Virus record (IMG/VR): IMGVR_UViG_3300031566_000004
Direction: 5' to 3' (one strand)
Length of the DNA: 64,000 nucleotides
DNA from: an uncultured virus (IMG/VR IMGVR_UViG_3300031566_000004)
Taxonomy: Duplodnaviria > Heunggongvirae > Uroviricota > Caudoviricetes
Shown here: positions 56,655 through 64,000 of the stretch, piece after piece
How the letters are laid out: each line of letters opens with the position of its first letter
Numbering within the stretch: the stretch's first letter is position 1
Notes under the pieces: generated by a model
Database searches by the model: none
What the model saw: only the letters and a program-made list of their open reading frames with translations
Told to the model about the DNA's origin: nothing
Program-made: the position numbers and the translations under genes

Positions 56655-57027
56655 AACATACGTTAAAAAGATTGCTGAAAAGAAAAATCTTGACTCAGTG
56701 CTTGTTGATGACATAATAAGTTTTTATTATAAGAAAGTTAGGAATTCTTTAACAACTTTAGAGTATAGTCGTGTTAAATTAGATAACTTAGGTACGTTTT
56801 CATTAAAAGAACCGTCTCTTGATAAAGAGGAACATAAGTTAACAAAAATGTTAGGTTACATAGATGTTAATGAGATGACTTTTATGAAACATACTAAAAT
56901 TGACCAAATATCTAAAAAATTAGATTACATAAAGAAAGTTAAAGAAATAATAAACTTAGAAAAAGAAAGGCTAGACGAAGTAGCTAAAACTAGAACAAGT
57001 TATGACAAAAATAAGAAAGATAATTAA
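56635..57027 (+). CDS. HU/IHF-like DNA-binding protein
   Basis: IAEK..L...LVDDII...VKLDNLGTF. Confidence 0.65.
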   Translation: MTPQKAKTYVKKIAEKKNLDSVLVDDIISFYYKKVRNSLTTLEYSRVKLDNLGTFSLKEPSLDKEEHKLTKMLGYIDVNEMTFMKHTKIDQISKKLDYIKKVKEIINLEKERLDEVAKTRTSYDKNKKDN

Positions 57028-57280
57028 GAACAGAAGAAATATAATCACCGGAATAAAGAACTGGTTGATTAGAAAAAACTATACTGAACAACTATATAAA
57101 GAACGAATGTCTATATGTGCTAAATGCCCTCATTTATCTAAAACAGATGAAGGGTGTATGATGCCTAAAACACAACCTTGCTGTTCTTTATGTGGTTGCT
57201 CTTTAAAGCTCAAGTTAAGAGATCCAGCTTCTGCTTGTGATATAAGTAAGTGGAAAGCTATTCAAAACCAAATTAAATAA
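57002..57280 (+). CDS. Cys-rich zinc-binding protein
   Basis: RM.IC..CP, CCSLCGC.L.LK.R, C...KW. Confidence 0.65.
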   Translation: MTKIRKIIKNRRNIITGIKNWLIRKNYTEQLYKERMSICAKCPHLSKTDEGCMMPKTQPCCSLCGCSLKLKLRDPASACDISKWKAIQNQIK

Positions 57281-57281
57281 T

Positions 57282-58091
57282 ATGTCTTTAAAGTTTAGGG
57301 AAGAAGATCATAGTTATACTTCAGATGATGGTATAATATGGACAAGTGTTACAAGTTTAGTAAGTAAGTATAAGCAACCTTTTGACGTAGACGCAGTTGC
57401 TATTAAATCATCTAAAAATAAAAAATCTAAGTGGCACGGCCTAGAGCCTGCTAAAATAAAAGATTTATGGAATAAAGAAGGTAAACGCGCTACTGACCTA
57501 GGTACATGGTATCATAATATGCGAGAAAAAGACTTACTTTCCTGTTATACTATAGGTGAAAATTCTTTACTTGTAAATAAACCTATTATAGAGGATAGTG
57601 GCTTAAAAATTGCCCCTGAACAAAAACTTAAAAATGGTGTTTACCCAGAGCATTTTATATTTTTAAAATCAGCAGGAGTATGTGGTCAAGCTGACTATGT
57701 TGACGTAATTGATAATACAATAAATATAACAGACTATAAAACAAATAAAGAAATAAATACAGAAAGTTATAAGAATTGGGAAGGTATACACAAAATGATG
57801 AAAGGTCCTCTTTCTCATTTACAAGATTGTCATATGACACATTATACTTTACAGATGAGTATATACATGTATATGATGTTGAGACATAACCCAAAATTGA
57901 AAGTGGGTAACTTAGTAATACAACATATTACTTTTGAAAAAGAAAAAGATGATCAGTATGGTTATCCTATTACTAAATATGATGACATGGGTAACCCTGT
58001 AGTTAAAGATATAACAAACTATAATGTACCTTATTTAAAAGAAGAAGTTATAAACTTAATAAGTGAATACAATGCTAATAAAACTGTTTGA
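57282..58091 (+). CDS. PD-(D/E)XK nuclease
   Basis: SVTSLV, GT..H, GQAD, DYKTN, YTLQMSIY. Confidence 0.85.
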   Translation: MSLKFREEDHSYTSDDGIIWTSVTSLVSKYKQPFDVDAVAIKSSKNKKSKWHGLEPAKIKDLWNKEGKRATDLGTWYHNMREKDLLSCYTIGENSLLVNKPIIEDSGLKIAPEQKLKNGVYPEHFIFLKSAGVCGQADYVDVIDNTINITDYKTNKEINTESYKNWEGIHKMMKGPLSHLQDCHMTHYTLQMSIYMYMMLRHNPKLKVGNLVIQHITFEKEKDDQYGYPITKYDDMGNPVVKDITNYNVPYLKEEVINLISEYNANKTV

Positions 58092-58599
58092 TATACAAGA
58101 TAATAAAGTAATACCTTCAGAACATTGTTATACGATAACATGGTTAAAAAACATAATGGAAGAGTACGCCGAAGATGAAGAATATCTTAAAGTATTTACA
58201 TATATACATTATATGACACACCCTTCTCCTGATGTAAACCCTTTTCATAATCTTCCTGATCTTATAAAAGCTGACAGAATTTATCAACACTTAGATTGTG
58301 AATTTTCGCTAGAATGCGAGATGATAATACATGCTCTTAAAAATACCAAAGAATTATTTGAAACACCTACTGTACGTATGTATAATGGTGTGAAATCAGC
58401 AATGGATAAGTTAGCAAAATATCTTGAAACGCACAGTATAGACGCTGGAAGAGATGGTAATATAAAAGATTTTATAGCTGTATCTGAAAAGTATCCTAAA
58501 TTACGTGATAGTTTTAAATTATTAGAAAGTGATTTAGAAGAAGAAAATAAGACAAGAGTAAGAGGTGACTTAGAAATTGGTTATGACCAAGAAATATAA
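58072..58599 (+). CDS. hypothetical protein upstream of TerL (possible small terminase)
   Basis: abuts TerL; C-terminal TRVRG; function inferred from position. Confidence 0.5.
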   Translation: MLIKLFDIQDNKVIPSEHCYTITWLKNIMEEYAEDEEYLKVFTYIHYMTHPSPDVNPFHNLPDLIKADRIYQHLDCEFSLECEMIIHALKNTKELFETPTVRMYNGVKSAMDKLAKYLETHSIDAGRDGNIKDFIAVSEKYPKLRDSFKLLESDLEEENKTRVRGDLEIGYDQEI

Positions 58600-60806
58600 T
58601 GGACATATATAAAGATCATAATATCCCTACTTACAATGCTGATTTAGATACGTGGGACGTTACTACATTTAGTAGTAGAGAAGAATTTAGAAATTACTTA
58701 CAAGCTATTTTTAAGGAGCCGGGTAAATATGAGTTTAACGAAACTAGTAGAAAATTTAATGAACAAGGTAATTATTTTTTAAAAAATAAATTTTACTGTA
58801 GTAAGCCTTTTAAATCTAAAGATTATATCACTTACTGGGACTCTGAAAAAGAAAAAAATCGTAAAGGTGTAATATTTATTTCAGGTAAACATATATGGTA
58901 TCTTCCTAGAGAATATTACATGTGGTTAAATTTTTTACCTATTTATGATAAGACTAAAAAAATCTATACATTTCCTGAAATATATGATACGCAATATCAT
59001 ATGGCTCTTTATGAGTTTATAGCTGAATTACGGTACGAACATGCTAGTATATTAAAGAAAAGACAGATAGCTAGTAGTTACTTCCACGCAGCTAAACTAC
59101 TTAACCAGTTTTGGTTTGAACAAGGAGCTAGACTTAAGATGGGGGCATCACTTAAAAAGTATGTTAATAGTAAAGGTACATGGCAATACTTACAAGAATA
59201 TGCTAATCATTTAAACCAACATACTGCATGGGTTAGACCTATTAAAGGTTCTGCAGGAGCGTGGGAGCAAAAAATAGAAGTTAGAAAAGAAGGTAGAAAT
59301 ATAGAAGTAGGTTTAAAATCTCTTATGGAATTTACTTCTTTTGAAAAAGACGCCACTGCCGGTGTAGGTGGGCCTGCAACTTACTTCTTTCACGAAGAGG
59401 CAGGTATTGCACCTAAGATGATGGATACTTATGAATACATGCGACCAGCTTTACAAGATGGTATGATAACTACAGGGCAGTTTATAGCAGCAGGGTCTGT
59501 TGGTGATCTTGATCAGTGTGGACCACTTAAAGAATTTATATTACGTCCTGAAAGATATCAAATGTTTGCTGTAGAAGATAATCTTTTAGATAAAGAAGGT
59601 ACTACATCAAAGCATGCTTTATTTATACCAGAGCAATGGTCTATGAGACCACACATAGACGAATATGGTAACAGTCAAGTAGATGAAGCCTTAAAAGCAA
59701 TACTACTACAAAGAGAAGAAGATAAAAAGTTATTATCCCCTGAGCAATATCAACTTAGGATATCTCAAAAACCTACTAATATAGAAGAAGCTTTTAATCA
59801 TAGAAAAGATTCTCCTTTTCCTTTACATTTAATAGCTAAACAAAGAGAACGTATAAAAGAAGGATTATATCCTTATGAAAGAATAGAATTATATAAAACA
59901 GAAACAGGGGTAGAATATAAGACATCTAATAAAGCTCCTATATTACAATTCCCTGTAGATAAAAAAATGGAAGATAAAACAGGTGTTTTACAAGTGTGGG
60001 AAAAACCAAGTAAAAATACTAAGTTTGGTTCATACTATGCTTCCATAGATCCCGTATCAGAAGGTAAAACTACAACAAGTGATTCACTATGTTCTATATA
60101 TGTATATAAAGCAGATACAGAAGTAACTAGAAAATTAGAATCAGGAGAAATGGAAAGCTTTGTAGAACCAGGTAAAATAGTAGCAGCATGGACAGGTAGA
60201 TTTGATGATATTAACAAAACACATGAAAGACTTGAACTTATTATAGAATGGTATAATGCTTGGGCAATAGTTGAAAATAATATTTCTTTATTTATACAAT
60301 ACATGATTCACAAACGTAAACAGAAGTATTTAGTACCTAAAGATCAGATTATGTTTCTTAAAGAACTAAAATCTAATATGAACGTCTTTCAAGAGTATGG
60401 TTGGAAAAATACAGGAACATTATTTAAAGCTCACTTATTATCTTACGGTATAGAGTTCTTAACAGAAGAAATTGATCAAGAAACAAAAGAAGATGGTACA
60501 GTGGTAAAAACCACCTATGGTATAGAAAGAATACCAGATGATATGTTATTAGAAGAAATGACACAGTATTATTTAGGTTTAAACGTCGATAGATTAGTTA
60601 CATATTGTGCTTTAGTTTCTTTTATAAGAATACAACAAAGTAATAGAGGTTTCAATAGACGTAATGAAGATCTAAGCAAGAATAAATTGGAAAACTCAAA
60701 AAATTTATATAAATTAAATGTAGGAGCTTTTCGTAATTTAGGGCAGTCTAAGAAGAACTCTAACGGTCATAATAAGCATAAAAACGCTTTTAGAAATTAT
60801 AAATAA
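58599..60806 (+). CDS. terL: terminase large subunit
   Basis: LKKRQIASS Walker A variant, FFHEEAG Walker B, ASIDPV nuclease, IVENN, NVDR. Confidence 0.88.
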   Translation: MDIYKDHNIPTYNADLDTWDVTTFSSREEFRNYLQAIFKEPGKYEFNETSRKFNEQGNYFLKNKFYCSKPFKSKDYITYWDSEKEKNRKGVIFISGKHIWYLPREYYMWLNFLPIYDKTKKIYTFPEIYDTQYHMALYEFIAELRYEHASILKKRQIASSYFHAAKLLNQFWFEQGARLKMGASLKKYVNSKGTWQYLQEYANHLNQHTAWVRPIKGSAGAWEQKIEVRKEGRNIEVGLKSLMEFTSFEKDATAGVGGPATYFFHEEAGIAPKMMDTYEYMRPALQDGMITTGQFIAAGSVGDLDQCGPLKEFILRPERYQMFAVEDNLLDKEGTTSKHALFIPEQWSMRPHIDEYGNSQVDEALKAILLQREEDKKLLSPEQYQLRISQKPTNIEEAFNHRKDSPFPLHLIAKQRERIKEGLYPYERIELYKTETGVEYKTSNKAPILQFPVDKKMEDKTGVLQVWEKPSKNTKFGSYYASIDPVSEGKTTTSDSLCSIYVYKADTEVTRKLESGEMESFVEPGKIVAAWTGRFDDINKTHERLELIIEWYNAWAIVENNISLFIQYMIHKRKQKYLVPKDQIMFLKELKSNMNVFQEYGWKNTGTLFKAHLLSYGIEFLTEEIDQETKEDGTVVKTTYGIERIPDDMLLEEMTQYYLGLNVDRLVTYCALVSFIRIQQSNRGFNRRNEDLSKNKLENSKNLYKLNVGAFRNLGQSKKNSNGHNKHKNAFRNYK

Positions 60807-60809
60807 ATT

Positions 60810-63572
60810 ATGCAAATACTTAACGCACTAGATTTAAAAAACGGTAAGACAGCTAAACCCGACCGTAATAAGATGGGTACTCTTACACAACCTATACAGA
60901 TGATCTCAGCTTTTGATAAAGATGAAGAGTGGACAGCATGGAACTTAGACTGGTTAGAGTGGCAAGGGGTAAGACAGCTTTCTCGTAACGCCAGAAGATT
61001 ATTAAAAAATTATAAACTTGCTGAAGGTATTATAGATAAGTCAGATTATATTGTCGAAGATGACAACGAATATGTGGATGTAATAGACACACTTACTGAT
61101 GAAGACAGTACAGCATTTGACTTAAAGTTTTACCCTATTATACCAAATGTAGTAGATACATTAACTACAGAATTTGCACAAAGAAATTCTAATATAGTTT
61201 ACTATGCTACAGATGACACTAGCTATAATGAACTAATGGACCAAAAGTATTCTGAAGTAGAAAATAATCTACTCAGAAATGCTGAAGCTAAAATAGTAGA
61301 AAAGATGATCTCTATGGGTGCTGATCCTAATGATCCTGAATTACAAGCTAAATTACAACCAGAAGCCCTTAAAACTTTACCAGAAATACAAAACTTTTAT
61401 AATAAAGACTATCAAGCTATTTGCGAACAGTGGGCTACTAAACAACATAATGTAGACAAAGAAAGGTTTAGAATGGACGAACTTGAAACTAGAGGTTTTC
61501 GTGACATGCTAATTACAGATAGAGAATTCTGGCACTTTAGAATGCTTGAGGATGACTATGACGTAGAACTATGGAATCCTTGTCTTACATTTTACCATAA
61601 AGCTCCTATGAATGATTATATTTCAGAAGGAAACTGGGTAGGTAAAGTAGATATGATGACTATAGGTGATGTTATAGATATTCACGGATGGAAGATGAAT
61701 GTTGAACAACTAGAAGCTTTAGAGACATTATACCCTGCTAAATCTGCTGGATACAGCGTAACTGGTTATCAAAATGATGGATCTTTTTATGACCCTACTA
61801 GATCTCATGACTGGAATGTAGGAGGACCTTCGTTAGCCTTTAGACAATATACTTCAGAATTAGATGGAGGAACTAATAGTATAAATGGAGATATTGTTAA
61901 TTTTATTATTAATCAATCAGAAGATCAACAAGATTATGGTTATGGTTATTTATTAAGAGTAACTACTACTTATTGGAAATCTCAACGTAAGTTAGGACAT
62001 CTTACTAAAATAGATGATGCTGGAACACTTACACAAACTATTATAGACGAAAATTATAAGATAACACAAAAACCTGTATATGATCTAACTCTATATAAGA
62101 ACAAGACTAAAGATACTTTAGCTTACGGTGAGCACATAGATTGGTTATGGATTAATGAAGTCTGGGGAGGTATTAAAATAGGACCTAATAGACCATCTTG
62201 GTGGGGTATGTCTAATCCAGGTGGTGTAGATCCAATATATATTGGTGTAAATGGTAATAAACCGGATAAGCTTAAATTTCAATTTAAAGGAGATAATAAC
62301 TTATACGGCTGCAAACTTCCAGTAGAAGGTAGAGTATTCTCAGATAGAAATACTATGTCTAGATCTCTTGTAGACAGGATGAAACCTTACCAAGTAGCTT
62401 ATAATATGGTTAATAACCAAATAGCTGATATATTAGTTGATGAAATAGGTACAGTATTATTATTTGATCAAAATGCGTTACCTAAACATTCATTAGGTGA
62501 AGACTGGGGTCCTAATAACTTAGCTAAAGCTTATACAGTTATGAAAGATTTTAGTATGTTACCATTAGATACATCTTTAACTAATACAGAGAATGGTTTA
62601 AATTTTCAACATTACCAAACACTAAACTTAGAGCAAACTAATAGACTTATGTCTAGGATACAGTTATCTAACTATTTTAAACAACAAGCTTTTGAAACAA
62701 TAGGCCTTGCCCCTCAAAGAATGGGACAAGAAATAGAAGCTGCTACCGCTGAAGGTGTGAGACAAGCTAGAGAATCTTCATATGCTCAAACAGAATTATA
62801 TTTTATTAATCACTGTGATGAGTTAATGCCAAGAGTTCACGAAATGCGAACAAATCTAAGTCAGTATTACTATTCTAATAAACCGTCGGTAAGGTTACAA
62901 GGTTTAGTTAATTCAGAAGAGAAGATGAACTTTGAAATTAATGGCACATCATTAATGCTAAGAGATCTTAGTATACACATTGCTACTAAGGCAAACTATA
63001 GAGTTATTATGGAAAGACTTAGAGGTTTAGCTTTAAACAATAATACCACAGGAGCTAGCATATATGATTTAGGTAAAGTAATCAAAGCAGAGTCTGTTTC
63101 AGAAATAGAATCTATTATGAAAGACGCTGAGGTTAAAACAGAACAAAAAATTCAAGAAGATAGAGCGCATCAGCAAAAAATGCAAGAAGACATGATTGCT
63201 GCTAAAGAAAGAGATAAACAACTTGAACAACAGTTTGAAGCTTCTGAAAATGCTAAAGATAGACAAGCTAATATTGTTATGGCAGAAATCAAAGCTGCCG
63301 GTTATGGTTCTATGATGGATATTAATGAAAATAAACAATCAGATTATAGGGATGCTATGGCTGACATACAACAACAAGCTAATTATCAAGAATCTATTAA
63401 TGTTAAACGTGAGGGTGACATTATGAAACAAAGAGAGCATTCTGATAAAATGTCTATTAAACGTGATGAGTTAGATGTAAAGAAATATATAGCCGACAAA
63501 CAGCTTGAAGTAGCTAAGGCTAACAAAAATAAATATGACGTAAAATCTAAGAAAGAAGATAAGAAAAAATAA
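60810..63572 (+). CDS. portal protein
   Basis: 920 aa directly after TerL; YPIIPN, SLVDRMKPYQ..YN, G..PQRMG, coiled-coil tail. Confidence 0.8.
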   Translation: MQILNALDLKNGKTAKPDRNKMGTLTQPIQMISAFDKDEEWTAWNLDWLEWQGVRQLSRNARRLLKNYKLAEGIIDKSDYIVEDDNEYVDVIDTLTDEDSTAFDLKFYPIIPNVVDTLTTEFAQRNSNIVYYATDDTSYNELMDQKYSEVENNLLRNAEAKIVEKMISMGADPNDPELQAKLQPEALKTLPEIQNFYNKDYQAICEQWATKQHNVDKERFRMDELETRGFRDMLITDREFWHFRMLEDDYDVELWNPCLTFYHKAPMNDYISEGNWVGKVDMMTIGDVIDIHGWKMNVEQLEALETLYPAKSAGYSVTGYQNDGSFYDPTRSHDWNVGGPSLAFRQYTSELDGGTNSINGDIVNFIINQSEDQQDYGYGYLLRVTTTYWKSQRKLGHLTKIDDAGTLTQTIIDENYKITQKPVYDLTLYKNKTKDTLAYGEHIDWLWINEVWGGIKIGPNRPSWWGMSNPGGVDPIYIGVNGNKPDKLKFQFKGDNNLYGCKLPVEGRVFSDRNTMSRSLVDRMKPYQVAYNMVNNQIADILVDEIGTVLLFDQNALPKHSLGEDWGPNNLAKAYTVMKDFSMLPLDTSLTNTENGLNFQHYQTLNLEQTNRLMSRIQLSNYFKQQAFETIGLAPQRMGQEIEAATAEGVRQARESSYAQTELYFINHCDELMPRVHEMRTNLSQYYYSNKPSVRLQGLVNSEEKMNFEINGTSLMLRDLSIHIATKANYRVIMERLRGLALNNNTTGASIYDLGKVIKAESVSEIESIMKDAEVKTEQKIQEDRAHQQKMQEDMIAAKERDKQLEQQFEASENAKDRQANIVMAEIKAAGYGSMMDINENKQSDYRDAMADIQQQANYQESINVKREGDIMKQREHSDKMSIKRDELDVKKYIADKQLEVAKANKNKYDVKSKKEDKKK

Positions 63573-63689
63573 GACCTCTCTTATAGCTATATAGTCAGAT
63601 TTTACTTATATTTTTTTATAAGTTTATAAACTATCATAGTTTATTTGATCTTAAGATTTTATATATTATTAATATAAACCAATAATTAA

Positions 63690-64000
63690 ATGAGTAAAAA
63701 CACAACAGTTGAATCTGCTACTACAGAAGTAGAAGTAGATTCTTTAGATGATTTATTAGCTATGCCCGGCGTAGGGGATACTACAGAAAAAAATAAGTTC
63801 TTTGAAAAACCTGCTGAAACAGATCTAAGCTTTCTAGATAAAGCTGACGAAGATAGTGACGATGATGATGGTGAGTCTAAAGCTAAAGGAGATGAATCTT
63901 CAGATTTAGACACATTACTTGACGACATCATTGGCGAAGTAGAAGAAGAGGAAGAAGAGGAAAGCTTTTCAGGTAGGCCAAAAGAAACTAAGGAAGTTGG
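63690..64000 (+). CDS. acidic protein, possibly capsid scaffold (partial)
   Basis: ATG at 63690, open to the window end, Asp/Glu-rich, follows the portal. Confidence 0.55.
   Translation, partial: MSKNTTVESATTEVEVDSLDDLLAMPGVGDTTEKNKFFEKPAETDLSFLDKADEDSDDDDGESKAKGDESSDLDTLLDDIIGEVEEEEEEESFSGRPKETKEV

Noticed and set aside
57282..58091. Cas4 / CRISPR adaptation gene
   Set aside because: Generic PD-(D/E)XK nuclease without the Cas4 Fe-S cysteine cluster and with no CRISPR context.
58599..63572. Inteins or introns in TerL or portal
   Set aside because: Continuous frames with no intein splice-junction or homing-endonuclease motifs seen.
10322..63931. Other antisense ORFs in the track (e.g. 10322, 14790, 46831, 47308, 52899, 60035, 63686)
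   Set aside because: They overlap well-supported genes on the opposite strand and have no motifs.

Overview
This window is an AT-rich segment of a large tailed phage resembling Crassvirales / aquatic Bacteroidota phages, read in the standard genetic code. The left arm (1-45.5 kb, mostly minus strand) carries replication and recombination genes (PolB, PD-(D/E)XK nuclease, MoxR ATPase + VWA partner, resolvase, primase, Sak4-like ATPase, DnaB and SF2 helicases), ClpS and a truncated ClpX-like ATPase, an inverted holin/spanin-like cluster and many small accessory genes. The right arm (45.8-64 kb, plus strand) carries tail/receptor-binding-like proteins, wall hydrolases, an HU-like protein, the terminase large subunit and the portal. 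The main finding is that the apparent ORF desert at 38.0-42.9 kb is a head-to-tail array of 28 intact (plus 1 truncated) Tyr-rich mini-genes of 36-69 aa. Most share an MI[NK][IL]K-like start and a hydrophobic-x-[LP]-Y end around hypervariable middles, and three related ORFs lie elsewhere. A second set of six small proteins shares a C-terminal [IV]-[EQ]-x-L-[EDS]-I-F tag. Also present are a ~650-nt structured ncRNA candidate, two degenerate tRNA-like elements, attC-like repeats and a repeated early-promoter-like motif. All calls come from manual reading and motif recognition; no database searches were run.
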